This document shows, piece after piece, positions 21,574-31,689 of a stretch of DNA of 64,000 nucleotides. Each line of letters opens with the position of its first letter. Position 1 is the first letter of the stretch. Source of the stretch: Nitrospirales bacterium (GTDB lineage: Bacteria; Nitrospirota; Nitrospiria; Nitrospirales; UBA8639); NCBI GenBank assembly GCA_965203295.1, contig CBDBCZ010000019.1, positions 512,001 through 576,000 on the forward strand. Reading direction: 5' to 3'. Both the position numbers and the translations under genes were made by a program. Below the pieces are notes generated by a model. The model did not search any database. It had not been told where the DNA came from and was given only the letters and a program-made list of their open reading frames with translations.

Positions 21574-22551
21574 ATGCTTACGTTGACTGTGATGGGTCAT
21601 CGTAAGAACCTTATGAAGAAATCAATGGTATTGAATCCTGGAACATTATGGTCGAGGGTTCAAGAGCAAACCAAACTTGCCAAGGCCTGTGGAGCCATCC
21701 AATCCATTCACACAGAGTCCGAATTCATTGTGGACAGGAACATTCAGTTTCTTGTTCGTGTCGCTTCAAATTTAGCAAAAAGAGATGAGGCCAAACGAGC
21801 ACAGGTTCAGGAAGTCAATGGTGAGACGAAAAGTCGCAACCCATTTCTTCCATATGATAACAACTTATTTGTCACTAACATTTCTCAGACGCATGTGTGC
21901 CTGCTTAACAAGTTTAACGTGTTGGATTCTCATATCCTCATCGTCACGCGGGTCTTTGAAGACCAGGAGAATCTCCTGACCATTGAAGATTTCGAAGCCT
22001 TGTGGATCTGTATGGCCGAATTTGAGGGCTTAGCATTTTATAATGCGGGGACTGAAGCCGGGGCCAGCCAACCGCACAAACATCTCCAGATGGTCCCCTT
22101 GCCTTTGGCTTCCCGAGGACCCAAGGTTCCCATCGAACCCGTTTTGTCATCTTCGTCAGAATGTCGAAATCGATTCGTTGCAACGACGGCTCTACCGTAT
22201 GAATATGCGATTTCTCCTGTGGGTTCTGACTGGATAATTGATCCGCGAGAAGCCGCTAAGGAATCATTGAGATGCTACACGGCTATGCTGGAGAAGGTTG
22301 GGTTGAGGAAGGAAGCCTCGAAAGACAATACGAGACGTCCTGGTCCCTATAACTTCCTGGCTACACGGGAATGGATGATGCTTGTGCCTCGGTCAAAGGA
22401 AACTTTCGAATCCATCTCTATTAATGCTCTAGGGTTTGCCGGCAGCCTCTTCGTCAAAAATTCCCATGACCTAAAGATCTTGAAAACTCGTGGACCGATG
22501 GCAGCCCTGAAGGAAGTAGGAAAACCAACTATAATTGGAAGTTCTTGCTAA
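21574..22551 (+). CDS. ATP adenylyltransferase / Ap4A phosphorylase
   Basis: NPFLPYD, LLNKFNV, FYNAGTEAGASQPHKHLQ (HxHxQ) and NALGFAGSLFV. Confidence 0.9.
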   Translation: MLTLTVMGHRKNLMKKSMVLNPGTLWSRVQEQTKLAKACGAIQSIHTESEFIVDRNIQFLVRVASNLAKRDEAKRAQVQEVNGETKSRNPFLPYDNNLFVTNISQTHVCLLNKFNVLDSHILIVTRVFEDQENLLTIEDFEALWICMAEFEGLAFYNAGTEAGASQPHKHLQMVPLPLASRGPKVPIEPVLSSSSECRNRFVATTALPYEYAISPVGSDWIIDPREAAKESLRCYTAMLEKVGLRKEASKDNTRRPGPYNFLATREWMMLVPRSKETFESISINALGFAGSLFVKNSHDLKILKTRGPMAALKEVGKPTIIGSSC

Positions 22552-22672
22552 GTACCATGCGGGGAAAGGTAGAGTCTGAGATTAGAAATTTATCTGTCGA
22601 TACATGGTATGATTCCATGATCAGAAAGCTACAGTCATTCTGACCACATTCGCAGAGAAGGGGAGGGAAGGA

Positions 22673-23896
22673 GTGACCGCATTCGAGGACTTTTGGGATG
22701 AAGTTCTAGCTGTTTGGGATATCGGTGTATTTGGGGCCAGCCTTGGAGAGGTCATGACCGCTCTCACGATCTTCTTGTTATTTTTGTTCGCGCGGCGACT
22801 GGTTTACCGCTTTGTCATTTTAACACTCATGATCTTTACCCGAAGAACCAAAACGAATTTAGATGATTTAATACTAGAAGCCATTGAAAAACCATTGGAA
22901 CTTGCTTTTGTTGTCGTTGGGCTCTATGTCGCGCAATCCGTAGCACCGGTATCGGAAGACATTCGATATGTCTTTGACAAAATCGACCGTTCCTTAATCG
23001 CGTTTATTATGTTTTGGATTTTCTACCGAGTTATCGAACCTCTTTCGCATCTGTTCGATAGAGCGGCTGGGTTATTCGGAAGCGCGAGGATGCATGAGAC
23101 CATGAAGAAGTTTTTTGTCAAGATCATTAAGGCGATCGTGGTCTGTCTCGGCGGGGCGGCCGTTTTTCAGGAATGGGGTTTCAATGTTGCGGCGGTTTTG
23201 GGAAGCTTAGGTCTGGTTGGTATGGCTGTGGCTTTGGGGGCCAAGGATTTTATTGCCAATATGTTTGCAGGGCTGACTATTTTTATGGATCGCATGTTCG
23301 AAAAAGGGAATTGGATCAGAACCCCAGATGTGGATGGTATCGTAGAGGATATTGGATTCCGGGCTACCAAAATTAGGAGATTTGATAAGGCTTTGGTCAC
23401 CATTCCCAATGGGAAATTGGCTAGAGAAGCCCTAGTGAATTTTTCACGGATGACAAACCGTCGGATTTACTGGACCATTGGCCTGGAATATCGAACAACC
23501 CAAGAACAACTGCGGGATATCATTAGAGAGATTTTTGGATACCTCAAGGAAAACCAGGATTTTGAGACAGACCCGTCCCGAACGAAGACCTTTGTCTTTG
23601 TGGATTCTTTTGGCGCGTCGAGCATTGATGTCATGCTCTATTGCTTCACCAAGACGACTGATTGGGGTGAGTGGCTAGCAGCGAAAGAAAAGCTTGCATA
23701 CCGCGTCAAAGAAATCGTAGAAAGTCATGGAGCGGGTTTTGCCTTCCCTTCGTCTTCAATCTATGTCGAAACGTTGCCGTTTGGAAAGCCAGAGCTGTTC
23801 CCCTTAGGGGGTCAGCAGAACCCTCAACAGGCCGGGAGTCAGTCCATTGACCTAACCGCCCCTTTTCTCCCCTCGCCTGATCGCTTCGGCTCTTGA
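22673..23896 (+). CDS. MscS-family mechanosensitive channel
   Basis: TM helices, GIVEDIGFRATKIR, VTIPNG and FAFPS motifs. Confidence 0.92.
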   Translation: MTAFEDFWDEVLAVWDIGVFGASLGEVMTALTIFLLFLFARRLVYRFVILTLMIFTRRTKTNLDDLILEAIEKPLELAFVVVGLYVAQSVAPVSEDIRYVFDKIDRSLIAFIMFWIFYRVIEPLSHLFDRAAGLFGSARMHETMKKFFVKIIKAIVVCLGGAAVFQEWGFNVAAVLGSLGLVGMAVALGAKDFIANMFAGLTIFMDRMFEKGNWIRTPDVDGIVEDIGFRATKIRRFDKALVTIPNGKLAREALVNFSRMTNRRIYWTIGLEYRTTQEQLRDIIREIFGYLKENQDFETDPSRTKTFVFVDSFGASSIDVMLYCFTKTTDWGEWLAAKEKLAYRVKEIVESHGAGFAFPSSSIYVETLPFGKPELFPLGGQQNPQQAGSQSIDLTAPFLPSPDRFGS

Positions 23897-24021
23897 GCGA
23901 ATCTCTTTCTATTGGTAAAGAGAACCTTCTTAGTGGAATCAAGGCTTATCAACTTGCGAGGATTCAACGGGTTTTATGATTTGTTTGTTCTGGTTCACAT
24001 TTAACCTAAAGGAGTTCAACG

Positions 24022-24396
24022 ATGTCAGTCATGGAAATTGGTAAGGAACTTGTCGTGCTATGTCGTTAGGGCAAAAACTTGGAAGCCATCGAGAAGTTAT
24101 ATAGTCCAGACATTGTTAGCGTAGAAGCTATGGACATGCCGGGGATGGGACAAACGCAGCACGGAATTGAAGCCGTTAAGGGAAAGACTCAGTGGTGGTT
24201 TAGTAACTATGAGGTCCACAGCAACGAAGTCGCTGGACCCCTTGAAAACGGAAACAGGTTTATCGTGTTTTTTAAAGCCGATGTCACACAAAAGCAAAGC
24301 GGCCAGCGGATGACGATAGAGGAAGCGGGGCTGTATACCGTCGAAAACCGAAAGATTGTGAAAGAAGAATTTTTCTACAATCCCGGCGGGTGTTGA
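24022..24396 (+). pseudogene. SnoaL/NTF2-like protein with in-frame TAG
   Basis: AAGGAG SD, ATG 24022, TAG 24067-24069; LYSPDIVSVE...KIVKEEFFY. Confidence 0.8.
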
Positions 24397-24403
24397 TCCG
24401 AGG

Positions 24404-24435
24404 TCACAGGAGGGACAAGCCTTGCCCACCCTGTG
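24404..24435. terminator. Hairpin between convergent genes (terminator or REP-like)
   Basis: CACAGGAGGGACAAG-C-CTTGCCCACCCTGTG imperfect stem. Confidence 0.4.
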
Positions 24436-24469
24436 ATGAAAGACCGTCCTTAAGCAGGGATTTCGTCCT

Positions 24470-24994
24470 TCATCGTGCCCAATATTGTTGGTATTCCTTC
24501 AGGTGGGTCAAGGTCAAAAGATTAGGGAGTCGATCTAAGAATACCCTGCCATCGAGATGATCCATTTCGTGTTGCAGGACCCGCGCAAAAAATCCTTCAG
24601 CTCTGACTTCAGTAGGCTGGCCATGTCGGTCAAGTCAGGTGACACGAACAGCCGTCCATCGAGGAACTTTTCCACGGAGGTCGGGAACACTTAAGCAGCC
24701 TTCCCAATCAGGTTCCGTTTCCGAAGAATGAGATATGACTCGGGGGTTGAAGAGTATAGTTAAAGGCACGTGAGGGTAGCGAGGGTTAGAGGGGTTAACT
24801 TCCACGACAATGATCTGCTTGGAAATGTGGACCTGAGGAGCGGCAATTCCTACCCCATCTGCGTCACGCATTGTTTCGACCAGATCGTCGATGAAACATT
24901 GTAAAGTAGAAGATTTCCATTCATCCGGATTGAGAGGTTTCCCACCTGTTCGAATTGCAGGATGTCCGAGACGGGCAATTTTCAGCAGAGACAT
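24470..24994 (-). pseudogene. def: Peptide deformylase with in-frame TGA
   Basis: GVGIAAPQV and EGCLSVP before TGA 24635-24637; QHEMDHLDG downstream in the same frame. Confidence 0.92.
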
Positions 24995-25374
24995 CAGCGT
25001 GATTTTCCTTTCTTAAAGAAATTCTGGAGTCTCAGAGGGTTAACCGTTCCTCTCTTCGAACCTTCGTTATCATTGTGGTTTGTGCTTTTGTGGGTAGAGA
25101 GTACCTGAGTATGATGGTGGAACGAGCCATCATCTTAGCCCAGGAAAGGGAGATATGATAAGCCAAATCACTGATCATTGTCATATCTTACATCTGGGTA
25201 TTCCCCAAAAATGTGGTATGGTTGTTTGAGGAGGTTAAAGGGTCTTATGCTGTAAGAAGAGAGGCATAGGATCGAATTACCAATTTAAGAGATGGTGAAG
25301 AGAGAGATATTTTTTTAACCGAGTTCTTGACTATTCGTTCCAAAATCTTATCTTGACACCAAGAGATTAACCCG

Positions 25375-25953
25375 ATGGCACGACCGAAAGAATTTGATCC
25401 TGACAAGGCCTTGGACAGGGCGATGGACTTGTTCTGGTGTAAGGGATATGAGGCCACCTCTCTTCAGGATTTGGTTGATAATCTAGGAGTGAACCGACAA
25501 AGTTTATACGACACCTTTGGCGATAAACATGAGTTATTTCTGGCTGCTATTGACCAGTATTACCGAAAAAAGTTTTCAAGTCTCTTGTCCTTACTCGATA
25601 AGCCTGGATCTGGATTAGAGGCTATTCGAAACGTATTTCGTTTAGTCGTAGATGAGGGGTGTGCAAGTAAGGGCTGGAGAGGGTGTCTTGTGACGAACTG
25701 TAGGGTGGAGTTGGCTCCCCACGATAAAGAAGTGGCCGCAAAGGTGGAAATGATTCATGGAGAAATCGAAGAAGGGTTCTATAGGGCGCTGGTGCGTGGG
25801 AAGAAGGTGGGGGAGTTGAAGAGTCAGCATCTCCCTCGGGTGCTTGCGAGATTCTTGGTTGGATTTATGATGGGATTGTCGGTTGTGATGAAGAAGAAAA
25901 CTCCTCGATCCATGGTCCAAGATGTGGTCGATGTGGCCCTCGGAGCGCTGTAG
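25375..25953 (+). CDS. TetR-family regulator (NemR/ComR-like)
   Basis: MARPKEFD, GYEATS, SLYDTFGDKHELF and GCLVTN motifs. Confidence 0.92.
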   Translation: MARPKEFDPDKALDRAMDLFWCKGYEATSLQDLVDNLGVNRQSLYDTFGDKHELFLAAIDQYYRKKFSSLLSLLDKPGSGLEAIRNVFRLVVDEGCASKGWRGCLVTNCRVELAPHDKEVAAKVEMIHGEIEEGFYRALVRGKKVGELKSQHLPRVLARFLVGFMMGLSVVMKKKTPRSMVQDVVDVALGAL

Positions 25954-26047
25954 CAAATTTTTTTGCGATATTTTGGAATGATCGATCTACATGAAGATAA
26001 ATGGCCAATCGTAGAAATGTTGGAAAAACAAACAAAAGGAGGACATC

Positions 26048-26392
26048 GTGTCGATCAAACAGCAAGCCTCTGTCACCTTAACAGATGAAAATTTTCATGC
26101 TGAGGTGTTAGAGAACTCCACGCCAGTGCTTATGGACTTCTGGGCTCCTTGGTTCGGCCCCTGCCGTATGATGGGTCCGATTATTGAAGATCTAGCGGGT
26201 GAATTTTTCAACAGAGCCAAAATGGGAAAATTGAACGTCGATGACGATTCGAAGCTCGCCGCTCAATACGGCATTCAATCCATTCCCACACTCATGTTCT
26301 TTCAAAATGGGCAGCCTGTTGATCAGGTCGTGAGGGTTGTATCCAAGAACATCATAGCCAATAAAATGGAAAACTTTCTTTCCCCGGCTTAA
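26048..26392 (+). CDS. trxA: Thioredoxin with altered active site (WFGPC)
   Basis: DFWAPWFGPC, KLNVD and IQSIPTL motifs. Confidence 0.85.
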   Translation: MSIKQQASVTLTDENFHAEVLENSTPVLMDFWAPWFGPCRMMGPIIEDLAGEFFNRAKMGKLNVDDDSKLAAQYGIQSIPTLMFFQNGQPVDQVVRVVSKNIIANKMENFLSPA

Positions 26393-26769
26393 CCCGTGGG
26401 CGTGAAGATCCGATAGGCTATCTTAATAATCCTAGTTCTTAGGCATCCTTCCTGTATGTTGTCTGGCACACTTTACTTTCCTTAATTACGGGCATATGAT
26501 CGTACAAAAGGGGGTAGACATGAGGTGGTTTTTCCTGGCGTTAAGCCTTGTCGATTGAAAGTATCCGAAAGGTCCTTTGCATGCATCATGCTGAGAGCTT
26601 TTGTGTTTTTTTGTAGTAAGGGGTAGCGCGTAGAAAGGAAAAAGGCTTGTTGATAAGCAGAGGTCCACCACCAATTCTCATACAAAGTTACTAGAGTTCA
26701 CACTCTTGTCGCGCTTCTGTTATTGCAAGAGCGGAAGTATATCACCCCAGTTTCTTATGGAGGTACGCC

Positions 26770-27564
26770 ATGTCCGAAGAAAAAACAGGTGCCATGTTTG
26801 GGTCTCGTCCTGGGAATGGACTTGTGTTGATTGTGGAGGATGAACCTGCCGTTCGTAGCGAATTGCGTGAGACCTTGGAGTCGGCAGGATATGATGTCTT
26901 AGAAGCCGATGACGGCGGAAGAGCCATTGAGCTGATCAATGAAGGAGAGAATCCACTTCTCCTGGATGTCGTGATCACGGATATTGATAAGAACAGAGGA
27001 ATGGAGGCGATTTCCTATTTCAAAAGTCAATATCCTCATGTTCCCCAGATCGTTCTCACGGGATTTTTGGAACAGAAGCGTAAATCCGACTCCGGGCTAA
27101 AGATTGCCATATTGGGTGGCGGGAAAGGAGGATCCGCGATGCTGGAACTCTTTTCGCATCTATCTGAAGTGGAGGTGATAGGGATCAATGATAAGGACCT
27201 CAATGCACCAGGAATTCAAGATGCTAAAAATATGGACATCCCTGTTTTTGATGATCCTCTCAGCCTCATCTCTCAGAGCGATCTCCAACTTATCATTGAT
27301 GTGACGGGAAGTCCGACTATGGGGGAACTTTTAGTGAAGCACAAGAGTACGGAAATAGAAGTCCTCGGTGGGGCTGCCTCAAAGCTCCTTTGGACCATCG
27401 TGCAACATGAAAAGGACATGCAAGCCCAATTGTTTCAATCGCAAAACCTGGCTGGAATGGTACGGGAGGGGATAAACGGTTTTCTGATTAAACCCCTTGC
27501 GAAAGATCGGCTTATAAAGGCTGTCGCTTCAGCCATGGAGGAGAGGGAAATTCACAAGTTGTGA
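26770..27564 (+). CDS. Response-regulator receiver with inserted NAD(P)-binding Rossmann-like domain
   Basis: VLIVEDE, DVVITD, VLTG ... KIAILGGGKGG ... GINGFLIKP. Confidence 0.8.
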   Translation: MSEEKTGAMFGSRPGNGLVLIVEDEPAVRSELRETLESAGYDVLEADDGGRAIELINEGENPLLLDVVITDIDKNRGMEAISYFKSQYPHVPQIVLTGFLEQKRKSDSGLKIAILGGGKGGSAMLELFSHLSEVEVIGINDKDLNAPGIQDAKNMDIPVFDDPLSLISQSDLQLIIDVTGSPTMGELLVKHKSTEIEVLGGAASKLLWTIVQHEKDMQAQLFQSQNLAGMVREGINGFLIKPLAKDRLIKAVASAMEEREIHKL

Positions 27565-27926
27565 AAGAAAAACACTGCAACTATTTTGGGCTATGAGTAT
27601 GAATTGGGGATGGAAGTGTCCTGTCTGTTACCCTTCATAGCCTCATAGATTTCGGGATCAAAAGTTTCACGAAGAGGTTGTGCTCCTTTAGGATTGTGGT
27701 CTGGTAGAGAAATAGTGCGAAAAAATGATCTTCCCTCATGGGGTTGAGATAAATATCGGGATGGATCCCCGCTAAGAAATCTGGGGGATGACGGGGTAAG
27801 GATCCATACACTTAAACTGCAATTCATAGCCTCGAAGCTGTGAAGCAGAAACTCGGATCTTTAAACTTTAAACTCGAAACTCGCTTTGCCGACACTGTCT
27901 GAAAGTTCAAATCCAACTCTTTACAT

Positions 27927-28397
27927 CTATACGACCTTACCAAGTCTATTCAGACAACCGCTCCATCCTTCGTCATGTTTATCCCGTGACTCTGTGCTTT
28001 GGAACATTTCATGAGTTAGGATGATCTCGGTTTCTGTCCCGTTTTCATGAAACTCCACTGTCACTTGTGTCTCAATAGGGTCTCCGCCTTGTGATTTTCC
28101 GCAACCACCTCCTGCTTCCCAGACCCACGTAAAGACCAATTTCTCTGGAACTCGAATCTCTCGATATGTTCCAACCACTGTATGTTCCTGCCCTGATAGA
28201 TCCTTCATCTGAATGCGATAGTGACCGCCAACTCGCAAGTCAACCTCGGCACACGGAGTAGAAAATTCGTCGATGGGGCCAAACCATTGCTTCAGAATTT
28301 CTGGACCTGTCCATGCTTGGAAGACTTTTTCCCTTGTGGTGTGGAAAATTCTTTTGATTTGGAGGGTGGTCCTGCACTCATCGGTTGTATGCCCCAT
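27927..28397 (-). CDS. SRPBCC/AHSA1-like protein
   Basis: VFQAWT, DLRVGG, GTYREI, LVFTW and GWSGCL motifs. Confidence 0.9.
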   Translation of the reverse strand: MGHTTDECRTTLQIKRIFHTTREKVFQAWTGPEILKQWFGPIDEFSTPCAEVDLRVGGHYRIQMKDLSGQEHTVVGTYREIRVPEKLVFTWVWEAGGGCGKSQGGDPIETQVTVEFHENGTETEIILTHEMFQSTESRDKHDEGWSGCLNRLGKVV

Positions 28398-28753
28398 GAC
28401 ATGCTCTCCTTTCTCGATTTGAGTTGATGGGTAGAATGCAAATAGGATTCGAGGGAATCAAACCGTTGTTCCAAAAACTGATGGTAGGTTGTCATCCAGT
28501 CACTGGCTTTCTTGAGTGGAGTCGTGTTGAGCTGACAATGATGAATTCGCCCCTGCTTGTTGCGCCGGAGTAATCCTGCATCTTCAAGAACGCGGAGATG
28601 TTTAGAGATGGCAGGAAGAGAAACACGAAACGGCTTGGCCAATTCTTTAACCGTTGCGTTTCCTTGAGCTAAACGTTTGACGATGGCTCGGCGGGTGGGA
28701 TCGGCTAACGCCCCAAACGTCACATCAAGATTGTTATGATAATAGTTAACCAT
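28292..28753 (-). CDS. ArsR/SmtB-family regulator (C-terminus overlaps next gene)
   Basis: FGALADPTRRAI and SLPAISKHLRVLEDAGL; ATG 28753 lies inside the operator palindrome. Confidence 0.9.
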   Translation of the reverse strand: MVNYYHNNLDVTFGALADPTRRAIVKRLAQGNATVKELAKPFRVSLPAISKHLRVLEDAGLLRRNKQGRIHHCQLNTTPLKKASDWMTTYHQFLEQRFDSLESYLHSTHQLKSRKESMSWGIQPMSAGPPSKSKEFSTPQGKKSSKHGQVQKF

Positions 28754-28765
28754 ATGGTTAACTAT
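28742..28765. promoter_or_regulatory. ArsR operator palindrome
   Basis: Perfect 24-bp ATAGTTAACCAT-ATGGTTAACTAT overlapping the start codon. Confidence 0.85.
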
Positions 28766-28844
28766 AAGGGTGCCAATGGGTGATGTCAAGGGTGTCTCAA
28801 CGTCCCTCCTTACCAAGACGGATAGGAATATGGGATAGTGAGAT

Positions 28845-30359
28845 ATGCGTCGTTGGGTTACGAGTCTCCTTCTTATGGTGTTGTGCTCGCCACTCTGTTA
28901 TCTGTCTGTTTCTGCAGAGGTCCTTGATCGAGAAGAGCTACACAAAGCTCTACGATGGACTCGAGCCTCTCGAATGATGACCGACATTATACATTTATCA
29001 AGTCCAGGTTTTGATGGGCGACAGGCTGTAACACTTGGCGGGCACAGGTCGGCTGTCTTTGTGGGTAAGCGGTTCGATGCCTTGGGTATGGAACCAGCCG
29101 GCTCTCTCAAGCTTCCATCATCTCCTAGACCCTGGTTTCAAGGAAAAAACATTCGAATCCCTCGCATCCCAAGACAGCCTGTGGTGTCATTTTCTTTTCC
29201 TTCAACGTTCTCCAATCAAGAAGTTCGCACACCAATCAAACCGAGCCTGGGGCAAGATTATTTGCCTATATTGGATTCACCTACGGTTAAGATAAGAGCT
29301 CCTCTGGTCTTTGTGGGCTATGGCATTTCGGCTCCAAAGGAAGGATACGATGAGTACGATGGAGTAGAGGTGAAAGATCGAGTAGTCTTGATGTTAAGAG
29401 GAAAACCTTCAGGCTATCCGCATTGGGTTGGTCATCGTCAAAAAGAACACACAGCTCGCGAAAAAGGGGCTTTGGGGATTATCGTCATGACCGGGCCAGT
29501 CCTAAGCCGGTACGAAGCTCGTCGAGGAATCGGGGAAGCTCCCTTGGCCTTCTATCATAATATTGAAGGGAGTCAACCATTACCGGGTCTTTGGATAAGC
29601 ACATCGATAGCTTCCCACCTTTTTACATCGCAGAATTAGTCTCTGAACAACATTCAACACACTTTGAACGAGACGAATGTTCCTCAATCTCGTGAGTTGA
29701 ACGTTGTGTTATCCCTCAACTGGGAAACCAGGATTGATTCAGGAGAAATGTTGAACGTCCTGGCCTTGATTCCAGGTCAAGCCTCTGAGCTAAAAGACAA
29801 GGTCGTCGTGGTTGGGGCTCACCGAGATCATTTTGGACAGCAAGCGGATCTCCTCTTTCCGGGGGCTGATGACAATGCTTCAGGAACCGCCGTGATTTTG
29901 GAAGTAGCCAGACAGTTATCAAAGATGAAAGCCAAACTGAAAAGAACGGTGTTGGTCGTATCCTTTTCCGGAGAAGAAAGAGATCTTCTTGGATCCAGGC
30001 ACTATGTGGCCAATCCAGTCTATCCAATGGCGGATACGGTTGGTATGGTCAATGTTGATCATGTCGGTGTTGGGAATGGGAGATTGACGGTTGGGATAGC
30101 CCATTTCCCTAGAGATATCGGCCAACAGGCCGCCGACATTTCCGGTGTCAGCTCTGAAACTGATTTATACGGATTTTTCCCTGGTGGGGACCATGTCCCT
30201 TTTGCCGAAGCGAAGGTTCCGACCTTTACGGTTGTGAGTGGAGGGCACCACTCTTCCTTCCATCAGCCCTCGGATACCGCTGATAAGATGCAGGCCAAGG
30301 TTCTTGAGAAGGCGGCTCGGTACGTGATAACCCTCATTTGGTTGCTGGCCAATCAGTGA
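28845..30359 (+). pseudogene. M28 aminopeptidase with PA domain, in-frame TAG
   Basis: VFVGYGI PA domain; GAHRDH, GADDNASG, SGEERDLLGS and GDHVPF; TAG 29637-29639. Confidence 0.9.
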
Positions 30360-30385
30360 AGCTCACCGTGCTCCAGAGCTGGGCT

Positions 30386-31003
30386 TTACTTTTTAGCTTT
30401 AATACATTCGATCTCCAACTTAATTTTCACTTCATCTCCCACCATCAATCCACCATTATCTAATGTTTTGCTGAATTTCATGCCGAAGTCTTGTCGATTG
30501 ATGGTTCCTTCAGCAGTAAACCCAGCGCGGGTATTGCCCCATGGATCTTTGATTGCACCATGAAACGATCCTACTAATGTGATTTCTTTGGTGACACCGC
30601 GTAGCGTTAAGTCTCCAACAGCGGTGTACGTCTCACCGCTTTTGGTATAGCTTTTCATTGTGTAGGTCATGGTGGGGTATTGTTCAGCATCGAAGAAGTC
30701 CGGGCTTCGTAAATGATTATCCCGCTTTTCATGATCCGTGTTAATGGACTTGGTCTGGATGACGGCTTTAATCGTCTTAAATTGTTTAGCATCGGGATCC
30801 ATTTCAAGAAAGCCAGTGTAGTCTGTAAATTTCCCATTTGTTTTGGAAATCACCATATGGGTAATCTGGAAACCCACGGTCGAGTGTGCATGGTCCATAT
30901 TCCATCGACTGATTTCTGCCCAAGAAACTGGTGCGTTGCTCATAGCTAAAATAGCCAGGATTCCTAGATAACTCATTACCTTCGTGAACCACTGCATGTT
31001 CAT
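30386..31003 (-). CDS. yceI: YceI-family polyisoprenoid-binding protein
   Basis: HSTVGF, RDNHLRSPDFFD, GDLTLRGVTK and DPWGNTRAGF. Confidence 0.92.
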   Translation of the reverse strand: MNMQWFTKVMSYLGILAILAMSNAPVSWAEISRWNMDHAHSTVGFQITHMVISKTNGKFTDYTGFLEMDPDAKQFKTIKAVIQTKSINTDHEKRDNHLRSPDFFDAEQYPTMTYTMKSYTKSGETYTAVGDLTLRGVTKEITLVGSFHGAIKDPWGNTRAGFTAEGTINRQDFGMKFSKTLDNGGLMVGDEVKIKLEIECIKAKK

Positions 31004-31041
31004 ACCTCCATAAGAAATTAGAATGATGGATAGATGACTTC

Positions 31042-31671
31042 TTAATCTGTCTTTTTCTCTAACCAGCCGTCAATGAGGGGCGAAAGGGCATCAAAAGACT
31101 GGTAGCCGCGGGATAGTGCCACATAACCGCCGTCATTCTGACCTAAGAGAGTCGGAAACCCCGTCACGTCGAGCTCCCGACAGTAGGCGAATTCTTCCCA
31201 AACCTGTTTTTTTAACTCTGCGTTGCGAAACAGATCAAGAAATGCTTTCTGATTGAGATTTTGCCTAGAGGCCAGCTCCATTAATACTTCGACGTTTGTG
31301 ACATCTTTGTTGTAAACGTAAAAAGCTTGCTGAATGTCCTTGAGAAAAGGGAACGCGGCTTGGGAGTAAAATGTTCTCATCGCAACCAATGCCCGTGATG
31401 CAGGTTCGGTGTCGTATGTAAAATTGGGCTCCATCTGAAAAGTAAAATCAAACGGTTGCCCAGTCTGTTCATGAACCGCTTGCCAATGACCAAGAATGTA
31501 TTCCCGTCTGTGTGAATCAAATCTTTCGGTATTGCCTGGACGTAACCCTCCCACCAAAATTTGAAAAGAGATTTGGTTCTGGTATGTCTTGAAGATGTCT
31601 TCCACGACGGGCGAAAACCCCCAGCACCAAGAACACATGGGGTCGGTGATGTAGAATAAGGTTTTGATCAT
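31042..31671 (-). CDS. DsbA/FrnE-like oxidoreductase
   Basis: DPMCSWCWGF and VTGFPTL motifs. Confidence 0.88.
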   Translation of the reverse strand: MIKTLFYITDPMCSWCWGFSPVVEDIFKTYQNQISFQILVGGLRPGNTERFDSHRREYILGHWQAVHEQTGQPFDFTFQMEPNFTYDTEPASRALVAMRTFYSQAAFPFLKDIQQAFYVYNKDVTNVEVLMELASRQNLNQKAFLDLFRNAELKKQVWEEFAYCRELDVTGFPTLLGQNDGGYVALSRGYQSFDALSPLIDGWLEKKTD

Positions 31672-31689
31672 AGCATCAAGAATAGGGAA

